Below are positions 10,363-19,670 of a stretch of 64,000 nt of DNA, piece after piece. The notes under the pieces are model-generated. The model was given only the letters and a program-made list of their open reading frames with translations. It ran no database searches and was not told the DNA's origin. The translations under genes were made by a program, and so were the position numbers. The stretch lies in NCBI GenBank assembly GCA_016844955.1, contig JAERTH010000031.1:16087-80086 (forward strand). The letters run 5' to 3'. The stretch is from Fidelibacterota bacterium. Its GTDB lineage: Bacteria; Fidelibacterota; UBA8477; JABMPR01. Every line of letters begins with the position of its first letter. Positions within the stretch are counted from its first letter, which is position 1.

Positions 10363-10851
10363 TCAGAGCAGAGCCAACAACTTCTTCTTCTGCTGCTTAT
10401 ACTCTTTTTCAGTAAGCAGTTGTCCGGTCTGCATCTGATACAGGGTTTGTATCTGGTCGGTTATTTCAGCGGTAGTTAATCCCTGAGCCTCTGGGTTGAC
10501 CGACATTCCAATTCGATTCAAGAGCGTTTTCTTGGCGCGTTCATACTCTTTCTCTGAAATCATGCCCTGATCCATCATTCTGTTTAACAGGACAATATCT
10601 TCAGCCACACTGTCGGCCGTAACCATTACCAGATTGGTAGGGTAAGTAGTAACTGTTTTTGTGGTCACCATTACGGGCGTATAGTAACGATAGTGCCCAT
10701 AGATGGAATAGTAGCTATGATGCCGGGGCGCATAATGTGTGTAATGAGGTTTATAGTAATGTCGCTTGTGAGGATTCTTGTGCTTACGCGGACCCGCCTG
10801 GAGAGTGGTTGCCAGTATGAGAATAAAAATGAGTGGTTTGTAAATTTTCAT
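10363..10851 (-). CDS. Exported His/Tyr-rich protein with two SHOCT-like domains
   Basis: Signal peptide, H/Y/K-rich segment, and two repeats (LNRMMDQGMISEKEYERAKKTLL and LYQMQTGQLLTEKEYKQQKKKLL). Confidence 0.7.
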   Translation of the reverse strand: MKIYKPLIFILILATTLQAGPRKHKNPHKRHYYKPHYTHYAPRHHSYYSIYGHYRYYTPVMVTTKTVTTYPTNLVMVTADSVAEDIVLLNRMMDQGMISEKEYERAKKTLLNRIGMSVNPEAQGLTTAEITDQIQTLYQMQTGQLLTEKEYKQQKKKLLALL

Positions 10852-10879
10852 GATACACCTCGGTTTATTTAGTCTCTTT

Positions 10880-10904
10880 GACGCTAAAAGTTCCTCAAGG
10901 GTTA
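10880..10904 (-). promoter_or_regulatory. Putative ECF sigma promoter
   Basis: Minus strand reads TAAC-N17-CGTC, about 30 nt upstream of the ATG at 10851. Confidence 0.5.
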
Positions 10905-10919
10905 AGGCAATCCGGGTTT

Positions 10920-11711
10920 TTATCCCTGACTATATCCTTTCAGGGCGATATGGGCTGCCCCCAAAGCACCCACGATCTGTGGGTTGTCGGGCACGTTCAC
11001 CGGGCGTCCAAGTTGCGCTTCAAGCAACAGAACCAGCCCTTTGTTATTGGCCACACCACCTGTCAGTGTGACTTCACCCTGAACACCAATACTGGTGACC
11101 ATGCTCCAGATGCGATTGACAATGGAACGCTGTAGTCCATTGACGATTTGCTCCCGTGGGGTGTGTTTTGCTAGGAGGGAGATGACTTCACTTTCAGCAA
11201 AAACGGTACAGGTGCTGCTGATTGGAGCTGTCTCACCCTCAAGATTTAAGGGATTACTTAATTCACCCAGATCAAGTTCAAGCCGGTCTGCCATGACCTC
11301 TAAAAAGCGACCAGTCCCGGCAGCACATTTATCATTCATGGTAAAATCCAGCATGCGCCCTCTGGCATCGATTTGGATGACTTTGCTATCCTGACCACCA
11401 ATATCAATGACAGTGCCCGTATTGGGGAAGAGTTGATGAGCCCCCACACCATGACAGCTAATTTCGGTCGTTTTTCCTGTAGCAAAGGCAACTGAAGCAC
11501 GACCATAGCCAGTAGCAGTTACTGCACTGATATCTCCCCGTGTCAATTCCGTTTCTGAGAGCGCTTCGTCGAAAGCGATTTCTGCAGCTTCAGCTCCATT
11601 CACACCAGTGGCGATTATGATCTCGGAGAGAACCTTCCCCTGATCATTCAATAGGACCAAATCCGTACTGAGAGAGCCAACATCTACACCAACAAATAAT
11701 CTAGGTGGCAC
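10920..11711 (-). CDS. 2-hydroxyacyl-CoA dehydratase activator (HgdC/BadF-type ASKHA ATPase)
   Basis: GVDVGS, TGYGR, IDIGGQDSK, MNDKCAAGTGRFLE, CTVFAESE. GTG 11711 follows a GGAGG RBS. Confidence 0.92.
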   Translation of the reverse strand: MPPRLFVGVDVGSLSTDLVLLNDQGKVLSEIIIATGVNGAEAAEIAFDEALSETELTRGDISAVTATGYGRASVAFATGKTTEISCHGVGAHQLFPNTGTVIDIGGQDSKVIQIDARGRMLDFTMNDKCAAGTGRFLEVMADRLELDLGELSNPLNLEGETAPISSTCTVFAESEVISLLAKHTPREQIVNGLQRSIVNRIWSMVTSIGVQGEVTLTGGVANNKGLVLLLEAQLGRPVNVPDNPQIVGALGAAHIALKGYSQG

Positions 11712-13026
11712 TGACTTGATCCTCCAGGGTTTCACAAAAAGCTTCCAGTCGTGTTTGAATCTGTTGCTCCGACCAGACCCGTTCGTCAGCTATATCGGCA
11801 TCCAGAATAACAGCTGGCAGGTCAAGCTCGGTGTTTAAGGCTTTGCGTAAATCAAATTGGCCAACCGAATAAGGCTTGCAGCTCCTGGTCGAATGCATAA
11901 CCATTCCGTGTACGCCATAGTCATTGATCATGGATTTCATCAGATCAAGTCGGTGCTTCAAATTGTTGTTCAGGATAATCTGTCCATATGTTTTCGCCAT
12001 GGAATTCCAGGGGTCCTTTACATCCAGATACCCCGTAGTTTCAGCCCAGGCATTGGTGTAGGTCGCCGAGACAAAATTCATTTTACGTTCAGCAAAGAAG
12101 GTGGCGAGATAGCGGACTTTGTACCAGATCGCAATATTATCCCAGATCAGACGATAGCGCTCCTCTGTGATGGCACCAATGCCTCTGGCTACACGATCCT
12201 GCACCTCTTCCAACAGGATATGATAGTAGTCCTCGGCCACGGGCAACCCTCTTAACGATACAATGGGCGCAAGGTGACCAAAGGCATCGAAAATGGTCAT
12301 GGGTGCTGGTTTGGCCTGCATCTCTTTTAAAATGGTGCCCCAGGTTTGCGAACTTTCCATGGATCGCTTGAGAATGACTTCCAGATCATCGAGATAAAAG
12401 ATTTTGCCAGATATGCGCTCCAAAACGGGTATCATATCCTGTAGCTGCTGGGCCATATACCTCACATCAGCTTCGGTCTGCTGGGTCGTTACAAAGGGTG
12501 CATCAAAATGAATCAGGGGAATGTCCAATTCATGGGCGATGGCTTTGTACCAATACAATACGGTCTGACAAATGTTGTTGGAACAGAATAAAAGGTCCGG
12601 TTTGGGTAATTTTCCAGCAGGGGTCTTACCGGACAGCATATGTCCTAGATCAATACGGGCATAGGAGCAAAGATCCTGACTGAAACCATCGCTTTCGGCG
12701 ATACCGCAATAATCAGCACCCTGCTTTTTCGCACCTACCAGGGCGGAATGATTTTCAGGATAGATTGTGTAAAAATCAAAGGCACGCAAAAGTTCAACAG
12801 GAGCACCACTGGTGACCCAGGCGACTTTTTTAACACCGGGTACATAGCGGGAGAGGAAATAGTGCCGAGTGAGAATCTCTTTGAGCCGCTGGTTGGCTTT
12901 CAGAGGGGGTCCAAATGCTTCGGGGATGGGGCGGGGTTTACGCTTTTTAAAGTTTTGAAAGGTCAGGAGTGCTGGAGCCCCATAGTCTTTCATAAATTTG
13001 AACTTCAAGCTTTTGGCAAGACTCAT
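11701..13026 (-). CDS. 2-hydroxyacyl-CoA dehydratase subunit (HgdA/FldB-like)
   Basis: PVELLRAFD, DLCSYAR, NNICQT, SCKPYS and TRLEAF motifs. Confidence 0.88.
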   Translation of the reverse strand: MSLAKSLKFKFMKDYGAPALLTFQNFKKRKPRPIPEAFGPPLKANQRLKEILTRHYFLSRYVPGVKKVAWVTSGAPVELLRAFDFYTIYPENHSALVGAKKQGADYCGIAESDGFSQDLCSYARIDLGHMLSGKTPAGKLPKPDLLFCSNNICQTVLYWYKAIAHELDIPLIHFDAPFVTTQQTEADVRYMAQQLQDMIPVLERISGKIFYLDDLEVILKRSMESSQTWGTILKEMQAKPAPMTIFDAFGHLAPIVSLRGLPVAEDYYHILLEEVQDRVARGIGAITEERYRLIWDNIAIWYKVRYLATFFAERKMNFVSATYTNAWAETTGYLDVKDPWNSMAKTYGQIILNNNLKHRLDLMKSMINDYGVHGMVMHSTRSCKPYSVGQFDLRKALNTELDLPAVILDADIADERVWSEQQIQTRLEAFCETLEDQVSAT

Positions 13027-14126
13027 GAGACCATCCTATCTCGCAACAACTCACCCAAAGCCTCTATTCGGGTTTTGTCCTGACCCGACAGCCCTCCCTG
13101 GAGTTCGGTATCCATGCTCAGAACAGGAATTCCCGTATCCTTAAGTGCCTTTACCATAAGATGATGATCAAACAACTCGGGTTCACAGAATTTTACGATA
13201 TTGAAGAGTACTCCCTGGGCCTGGCTATTGCCAATACGTTTGTTAAGGTAACGGAAGCGTTCATCCAGAGAGCCAGCTTTGGTTGAACACGGAGGCAGCA
13301 GAAAGAAGCGTTCTGTGAGATATTCCATGGGATCCTGGGGTGGATCCAGCTTGATTCTTGGAATCCGGCGACTACCTGCCAGAAGATCATCGGCAACCAG
13401 GGAGAGGTGCAGATCATCAAAATACTCCAACATGTCAGGGTGAGGAGGTAGAATACCTGAAACCATTATTCTGGCCTTGTCATTTGGGATGGGTTCATCG
13501 GGGATACTAATTGCATCAAGCAGCTTCAGGTAGTCTTCGGGCTGCAGATACTCCCCAGCACGGATGAGTTGAAAATACTCCGAATTGGAAAGGGGTAAAC
13601 GATCAGTCATGCGGGCGTTCTGCAACTCCAGCCGGCGCGAATCAATTTTGTGACCCAATTTACATGCAGTGCTCAGTTTTTTCCGGTCTAACGATCCATG
13701 TTGTTGTTCAAGAATGGTCTGAAAATCACCAAGTATATCAGTATAATATTGACGGGTCGTGCGATTGAATTCACCTTTGGGATTATAAAAAGAATAGACG
13801 GGTACGGGAACGCCAATAAGGTCTTTAACCTGGGTCGCCAGGTTTTGAAGCGAATCACAGGTATGGGGGAACAAGTAGCCGGCGTTGATAATATCCGGTT
13901 CTTTAAGAATAAATTCAAGGCTGCGTTTTACCACAGGGCAAATAGTGGCCTGCAGATGCGCATTGGCGTGGAGGATATCACCCGGTGGGTCCCAGATTTC
14001 AGCAGGCAGGATGTCAAACGCCCAGAGCATTTCCCGGGGATAGAGTGCAGGCAGTACCCCCATAATCTGCTGACCGGATTGGGATTGTTGTTGGAGATAT
14101 TCTTTACGATTCGGAATGTTCATCAT
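13023..14126 (-). CDS. 2-hydroxyacyl-CoA dehydratase subunit (HgdB/FldC-like)
   Basis: ICPVVK, FPHTCDSLQ, KFCEPELFD and TRIEAL motifs. ATG 14126 preferred over TTG 14132. Confidence 0.88.
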   Translation of the reverse strand: MMNIPNRKEYLQQQSQSGQQIMGVLPALYPREMLWAFDILPAEIWDPPGDILHANAHLQATICPVVKRSLEFILKEPDIINAGYLFPHTCDSLQNLATQVKDLIGVPVPVYSFYNPKGEFNRTTRQYYTDILGDFQTILEQQHGSLDRKKLSTACKLGHKIDSRRLELQNARMTDRLPLSNSEYFQLIRAGEYLQPEDYLKLLDAISIPDEPIPNDKARIMVSGILPPHPDMLEYFDDLHLSLVADDLLAGSRRIPRIKLDPPQDPMEYLTERFFLLPPCSTKAGSLDERFRYLNKRIGNSQAQGVLFNIVKFCEPELFDHHLMVKALKDTGIPVLSMDTELQGGLSGQDKTRIEALGELLRDRMVS

Positions 14127-14148
14127 ATTCAATAATATACCCTATGGA

Positions 14149-14262
14149 GTCATTCTGAACGATAGTGAAGAATCTTGATCCTAAACCGTACTTTTACATC
14201 CTCGATAGATCACGATTGGGATCAAGATCCTTCCCCTTCGGCAAGCTCCGGGTCAGGATGAC
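14149..14262. repeat. REP/MITE-like palindromic element, family A
   Basis: GTCATTCTGAAC..GAAGAATCTTGATCC ... GGATCAAGATCCTTC..TCAGGATGAC inverted arms. Confidence 0.8.
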
Positions 14263-14317
14263 ATGTGCTCCGCGTGGTGTTTTACTGTATCAAAATCATC
14301 TATCATCATACATATAT

Positions 14318-14419
14318 GTCATTCTGAACGATAGAGAAGAATCTTGGTCCATTACCGTGATTTTTCTTTTTCTATGGATCTCGACTTGGATCAAGATCCT
14401 TCGTTTCTCTCAGGATGAC
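14318..14419. repeat. REP/MITE-like palindromic element, family A
   Basis: Second copy with the same arms and a different internal loop. Confidence 0.8.
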
Positions 14420-14448
14420 GAATGCTGTGCGAGACCGAGTAGGGAGGC

Positions 14449-15834
14449 TTATTTCCTGAATTTCCGAACAAAGCCCTCTACTTCAGGGACTCCACCCTGA
14501 TATACAAGATAACCATTATAGGGTTCACGTTCAGTAATATCATCATTGATAGGGGTGAGCATTATTTTTTTTATTTCCTCAGGATCCTCGGTTTGACCCA
14601 GTGTCCACCCCAGTTTGACCCAGGCAACTTCAGGCAGCATATTTCCCAGGGGGACAACCCCTAATGCCATCATATCTCGACCCGTATCATACACAAACAT
14701 GTGAGCATAGCCCCATATAGTTTGCAGGGTCATAAAAACAGATACACCCTTGTCTCTAGCTCGCTCCAAAGCCGGGTATAATTCCTTATTCACATGTCCC
14801 AGGCCTGTACCCACAATGATGATACCCTTGTAGCCAGTATCCACCAGGGTATCTATGATATCCCCTTGCATATGCGGGTAGTAGTAAAGCATGGTTACCT
14901 TCTCATTAAAGGTGGGGATAATTTTGGCCGCCCTATCCTTCCGACGGTGTTTGTACTGTTGTTTGATAATACCCAGTCCTTCTCGCGTGACCGTTGCTGC
15001 AGGTGTGTCACCAATGGTCCTGAAGGTTGAGCGATAAGAGCTATGCATCTTTCGCACACGGGTTCCTCGATGCAGAAAACCGTATTCATCAGAGGTCGGT
15101 CCAAACATGCATACCAGCGTCTCTGCAATATCGCCGTGTCCGGCAGCGTAAGAGGCATGAATCAAATTGAGGGCAGCGTCTGAAGAAGGTCTGTCAGAGG
15201 ATCTCTGTGATCCAACCAGGATGATTGGAATGGGTGAATCCTGGACCATATAGGATAAGGCGGCAGCCGTGTGGTGCAGGGTGTCAGTGCCATGGCCGAT
15301 TACGATTCCATCGGCTCCATTGGCAATTTCTTTTCCAATACTCTTGGCCAGAATCTTGTATTGATCCGGTCCCATATTTTCGCTGAATACGGCGAACAGC
15401 TTTTCGGTGTCAATATTGCAAATATCGGCCAATTCAGGAACAGCACCATACAACTCTCCAGGAGAGAATGCAGGGATGACAGCTCCAGTGCGATAGTCCA
15501 GTCGTGAGGCGATGGTTCCACCTGTTCCAAATAGTTTTACATTGGGCTTATCGTCTGAGTAGGGGAATTCCTTCTCAGGGATTTTATAGTTGGCCTTCTG
15601 ATACCCTGTTTCCACCATTTTTTTGATGGTGACGATATCAATTCCGATGTTGTACCCGGTTGCAATTTTCAAAACGATGTGTTGATCATCATCATTTTCT
15701 GAACGGGGGAGAACGGTGCCGTCAAAGGTTCCGCGGGTGGTGTGAATTTCTGCCTGTCCCCAAACACGAACACTGAAGCGCTTCAATATCTCTAAAGCTT
15801 CACCTATATAGCCTTGAAAAATGTCATCACTCAT
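14449..15834 (-). CDS. gatD: Glu-tRNA(Gln) amidotransferase subunit D (archaeal type)
   Basis: GatD N-domain (HIVLKIATGYNIG) plus asparaginase motifs TGGTIASRLDYRTG, HGTDT, GSQRSSDRPSSD and RKMHSS. Confidence 0.93.
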   Translation of the reverse strand: MSDDIFQGYIGEALEILKRFSVRVWGQAEIHTTRGTFDGTVLPRSENDDDQHIVLKIATGYNIGIDIVTIKKMVETGYQKANYKIPEKEFPYSDDKPNVKLFGTGGTIASRLDYRTGAVIPAFSPGELYGAVPELADICNIDTEKLFAVFSENMGPDQYKILAKSIGKEIANGADGIVIGHGTDTLHHTAAALSYMVQDSPIPIILVGSQRSSDRPSSDAALNLIHASYAAGHGDIAETLVCMFGPTSDEYGFLHRGTRVRKMHSSYRSTFRTIGDTPAATVTREGLGIIKQQYKHRRKDRAAKIIPTFNEKVTMLYYYPHMQGDIIDTLVDTGYKGIIIVGTGLGHVNKELYPALERARDKGVSVFMTLQTIWGYAHMFVYDTGRDMMALGVVPLGNMLPEVAWVKLGWTLGQTEDPEEIKKIMLTPINDDITEREPYNGYLVYQGGVPEVEGFVRKFRK

Positions 15835-17821
15835 GAGACTGGTTCTCTTGTTTGACTTTACGTTGAATGTCGGTAGACAGCTCGGCGAGTTTCACATTTC
15901 CAAGCGCTTGAGAATGTATTTGCCCCATAAGCCAGTTAATGGCTGAAATGTCATCTGGTTCGCTGGTGTGTTCACGAAACTTCTCGTATAGAAATTCTAC
16001 GGGAGCCATTATTTCAGCCTTGCTGCGCTTTCTGAAGTGAATGGAGGTTAATACTGAGCTGAATTGCATATCCGGAAATTCATAGATCACGGGCATCATG
16101 AATTTTGCAATACCGGGAACCAGCTCACGCTCCTTAATATAACGAAAGAGACGATAAATTTTGGTGAGGGAGAAGTTTTTGTGTCGCTCCCTTTTGCCTT
16201 CAATATTCTTGAATGTGTGTCCCAAGAATGAACCTATGAATTTATGCGTATAACCAAAATCATCACAAATACTCTCAATGAGTGGTATCATGTTTTTGCT
16301 CAGAAGATATTTCCAGGTGTCTTCCGGGATGCCCCAGCCCTTCATTTGCTTGAAACGCTCGGCAATATCCATGGGCAAATTTTTTCCAAGACTGTCAATG
16401 AATTCAACTGAGAGGGGGATGGGTGCGGAGTCGGTATCTGGATACATGCGATCACTCCCGGGGAGTACGCGTTCAAAAATGGTGGTACCATCCGCAAAAG
16501 ACTTCCGGGTTTCTTCAGGAACACCAATAAAAGCCATGAGGAGTCGTTCCTCAATGGTTTCAAGGGCTGTGGGGATGTCATTTTCAGGTCCCCAGAGGAT
16601 GATCTGGGCATCCTTTTTCCCAGCTTTCAGCCATTTGGTGATACGTGTGAAATCGTCTTCACTGAGCAGGGGATTCAAATCCTCAGAATGGGTCATGTTG
16701 GGGCGTTCGATACAGGCGATTACCTTTAAACGATGGATGAGTTCATGGGCAAAGGTATGACCGGGTTGCATAAAGTGAGACATGAGTCCATTAAATTTTG
16801 GAATGTTTATGGCGACGATTTTCAAGCCTTGATCGAGTTTTTCCCGCAATTGAGGAGCCAATAATTCAGGCATTGAGAAATCGATTTCCCTATGGCTGAT
16901 TTTCCAATTATTCGCCTGTAAACCACGATCCTTTATCAGTTTTCGGATGTTTAGCAGAGCCCATTGCCTGAAGGCCTCATTGTGGGAGAGCTCAGGAATC
17001 CACTTATTGTGAGCGACACCCTTTATCTCTACTCGACTACCTCTGGCACAACTGACATTTACATCCTCGCGCCCTGCTCCCATTCCAGTACGAACCTTAC
17101 CCGTGGAGCGATTTAGGAAACGGATATACTCAGCCGCCTCAGCCAGCTCATCTGGAGTTTCCATGTCGGGGTGCGTCACTGTTTCGATGAGGGGCATACC
17201 CAGACGATCGGTTTTGTAGATTCTTTCATGACCGATATCAGAAATTTCGCGACAGGAATCTTCTTCGATACTGAGCTGGATTAAGCGCACCTTCTTTTTC
17301 TTAAGTTGAAGCTCGCCCTCAACACCCAGAATGGCAGTTCGCTGAAACCCTGTTGGGATGCTGCCATCGAGATACTGTTTACGGGTGATATGCACTTCAC
17401 CCACAATGTTCAATTTGGATAGCAGAGAAATCTCGATGGCAATCTTGAGTGCTTCCTCGTCAATGTGGAAAGGGGGGGTATCATCAACCTCATAGGTGCA
17501 GGCGCTGTGATTGTTGAGGCGATAAGTGATGTTCTTGCGGGTTTTGAATTCCATGAGGGCGGTGCCATCATATTCACCAAGCTCACTGAGGGTTGGGCGC
17601 ATGTGGCGGATTACTTCTGCATCAAATTCATCGTCGGCATGATAGATACCAGCTGGACAGCGACAAAACAGCTTGCTCTTGGTTTTTAGCTGTTGATGAA
17701 CCTCAAGCCCGGATTTAAACCCAATTCTTTTATAGTCCCTGGCTTTCGCTTTTTGACGAGGGACATACCCGATGGCCTTTTTAGTTGCCTCATAATTTTT
17801 GACTGCTTCGGTCTGCTTCAT
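15827..17821 (-). CDS. gatE: Glu-tRNA(Gln) amidotransferase subunit E (archaeal type)
   Basis: GLEVHQQL, KLFCRCP, DGSIPTGFQRT, EEDSCR, DRLGMPLIE and RMYPDTD. About 660 aa with a central GAD-type insertion; adjacent to gatD. Confidence 0.92.
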   Translation of the reverse strand: MKQTEAVKNYEATKKAIGYVPRQKAKARDYKRIGFKSGLEVHQQLKTKSKLFCRCPAGIYHADDEFDAEVIRHMRPTLSELGEYDGTALMEFKTRKNITYRLNNHSACTYEVDDTPPFHIDEEALKIAIEISLLSKLNIVGEVHITRKQYLDGSIPTGFQRTAILGVEGELQLKKKKVRLIQLSIEEDSCREISDIGHERIYKTDRLGMPLIETVTHPDMETPDELAEAAEYIRFLNRSTGKVRTGMGAGREDVNVSCARGSRVEIKGVAHNKWIPELSHNEAFRQWALLNIRKLIKDRGLQANNWKISHREIDFSMPELLAPQLREKLDQGLKIVAINIPKFNGLMSHFMQPGHTFAHELIHRLKVIACIERPNMTHSEDLNPLLSEDDFTRITKWLKAGKKDAQIILWGPENDIPTALETIEERLLMAFIGVPEETRKSFADGTTIFERVLPGSDRMYPDTDSAPIPLSVEFIDSLGKNLPMDIAERFKQMKGWGIPEDTWKYLLSKNMIPLIESICDDFGYTHKFIGSFLGHTFKNIEGKRERHKNFSLTKIYRLFRYIKERELVPGIAKFMMPVIYEFPDMQFSSVLTSIHFRKRSKAEIMAPVEFLYEKFREHTSEPDDISAINWLMGQIHSQALGNVKLAELSTDIQRKVKQENQSHE

Positions 17822-17954
17822 GATCACCAATTCATATTTCTGTCTATCAAATTTTTCTGGTTCGTACTGTGTTAGTCAAGCATGGATAATGCCAGTTTCA
17901 GCAATTCGGTAAGAGAAACAAGATAAGGGCTGTGGTGGGCAGTGCAAATTTTAT

Positions 17955-18509
17955 AGAAACTAGAAACTTGGATTTCTTGTTCAACGGCTTTAGCCCGTCT
18001 TTGCGAGGAGGGACGACGCGGCAATCTCTCTTTTGCATATGGAAACGACTTTCGCAAATGAATCGAATACACGAGAACTGAGAGTTTTGTTTAACAACGA
18101 ATTGTACGAAACTTACGAATCTGAAAATTGGTTGATCTTCGTTTATGCAAATGTTGCCGTACGTCATCCTGCCTGCCTGGTCGAAGCTCAACGAGCGTAG
18201 ACTGGAGCTCCTCGAAGGCTCTTGATCCTGATTATAAACTCTCAGCCTACGCCGAGTAGCGTCATCATTAGCACTTCTCGCAAAACAGTAGAGGAAGACA
18301 GGTAGGACTTTACAACGAACTGTACGAAACATACGAATATGATTGTTGTCTAATCTTGGAGTATACTAATACTCAAGATCGTCATACTGAGCTCTGCCTG
18401 CCAGGTCGTAGCCGTGAGGCGTAGACTGGTCGAAGGATCTTGGCCCTGGCCTAGCAGAATAGTGGTTACGTAGATTTGGATCGAGATTCTTCGGTTCCCT
18501 CAGAATGAC
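17955..18509. repeat. Mosaic of repeat elements (42-bp family B core, ACGAA motifs, nested family A/C elements)
   Basis: 17994-18035 is identical to 52982-53023 and 53276-53317. Family A arms lie at 18163-18228 and 18381-18509, each interrupted by a CTGCC..GGTCG.AGC..GCGTAGACTGG unit. Confidence 0.75.
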
Positions 18510-18692
18510 CAATCCCAACCGCACTGCTCATGACTGGCGCGATTGAAATATGGTTACTAGTTGCTGACACTTATTTGATTATAACAATTATACTTCAGGG
18601 CATATAATGTTATGCTTGAATGGCAAAAACATTATTCTGTTTGATTAATGGCTGTGGTTTACCGGGATGATACAATTCAGGAGTTTTCACGG

Positions 18693-19511
18693 ATGAAAAA
18701 CACTTTACTTAAACTGACAATCATTGCCCTGGCACTGGTTGGGTCAGTAGCGACTCAGAGTCTGGACACAACGATGACCATGGATTTTCAAGTCACCACC
18801 ACTTCACCAGGTGGCAACTATTCCCCAAGAAATGTTGGGGCGATCTGGGTGGAAGATGCCTCCGGTTCCTTTGTAAAAACCCTGAAATTATGGGCTGATC
18901 GACGGAAGCGCTATTTGTATACCTGGAACGATCACACTGGTGGGAATACCATTGATGGCGTAACTGGCGCAACCTACACCAGTCACAGTACTCGAACCGC
19001 GGCATGGGATTTCACAGATACATCAGGAGATACGGTACCAGTCGGGGATTATACCCTCTGGTTGGAACTGACTGATGAACATGCACAGGGACCCCTTTAT
19101 TCGTTTAGTTTTCCATTCATGGGTGTCACTGAGACCATTACACCACCGGATCAGAGTAATTTTAGAAATATGCAACTCAGCTATGACCTTACAATTGTTG
19201 TGGGAGCGGATCCACATGATTATACGCTTCCACAGCAGCATAAACTCATGTTGAATTACCCCAACCCATTTAACCCTAATACCAACATCCCCTATAGTCT
19301 GGGGCGGGTGACACATGTTTCCCTGGCCGTTTATGATCTACAGGGACGCCTCATTCGACAATTGGTAAACAGCGAGCAAAGTGCTGGCAGTTATAAGATT
19401 GAATGGGATGGTCTCGACAGTGCCCAGCGATCAGTGAGCGCTGGTGTATATCTTTGTGTTTTACAGACGGGTGACCAAATCCAAACACATAAAATGGTGA
19501 ATCTCAAATAG
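18693..19511 (+). CDS. DUF2271-like domain protein with T9SS-type CTD
   Basis: ATG 18693 after AGGAG. Signal peptide; AIWVEDASGSFVKTL...DGVTGAT...WD; NYPNPFNP...SAGVYL CTD. Confidence 0.75.
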   Translation: MKNTLLKLTIIALALVGSVATQSLDTTMTMDFQVTTTSPGGNYSPRNVGAIWVEDASGSFVKTLKLWADRRKRYLYTWNDHTGGNTIDGVTGATYTSHSTRTAAWDFTDTSGDTVPVGDYTLWLELTDEHAQGPLYSFSFPFMGVTETITPPDQSNFRNMQLSYDLTIVVGADPHDYTLPQQHKLMLNYPNPFNPNTNIPYSLGRVTHVSLAVYDLQGRLIRQLVNSEQSAGSYKIEWDGLDSAQRSVSAGVYLCVLQTGDQIQTHKMVNLK

Positions 19512-19543
19512 GAGCTGGTTCAGTACGGCCTTACTTGCAGACG

Positions 19544-19575
19544 GTCATTCTGAACGGAGTGAAGAATTATGATCC
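19544..19575. repeat. Family A element, left arm only
   Basis: GTCATTCTGAACGGAGTGAAGAATTATGATCC. Confidence 0.65.
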
Positions 19576-19602
19576 TATTGGACGGGTAAAATCTATATCT
19601 AT

Positions 19603-19641
19603 AAAAAAAGGACATCACAGAAAAATTGTGATGTCCCCTTT
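19603..19641. terminator. Bidirectional terminator
   Basis: GGACATCACA / TGTGATGTCC stem with a flanking A-tract. Confidence 0.75.
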
Positions 19642-19670
19642 GGTTTGCTTATGATAACCTCTATTACAGA

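Noticed and set aside
10920..14126. Class I benzoyl-CoA reductase
   Set aside because: Only one ATPase subunit and no aromatic-degradation genes nearby; dehydratase is more parsimonious.
15827..17821. Ordinary bacterial GatB
   Set aside because: Too long, has a central insertion, and is partnered with GatD rather than GatA/GatC.
17872..18332. ORFs 17872..18072 and 17898..18332 (also 14165..14500, 52752..52946, 53211..53429, 57936..58145)
   Set aside because: They translate repeat elements; the shared KERLPRRPSSQRR peptide is simply the 42-bp core.
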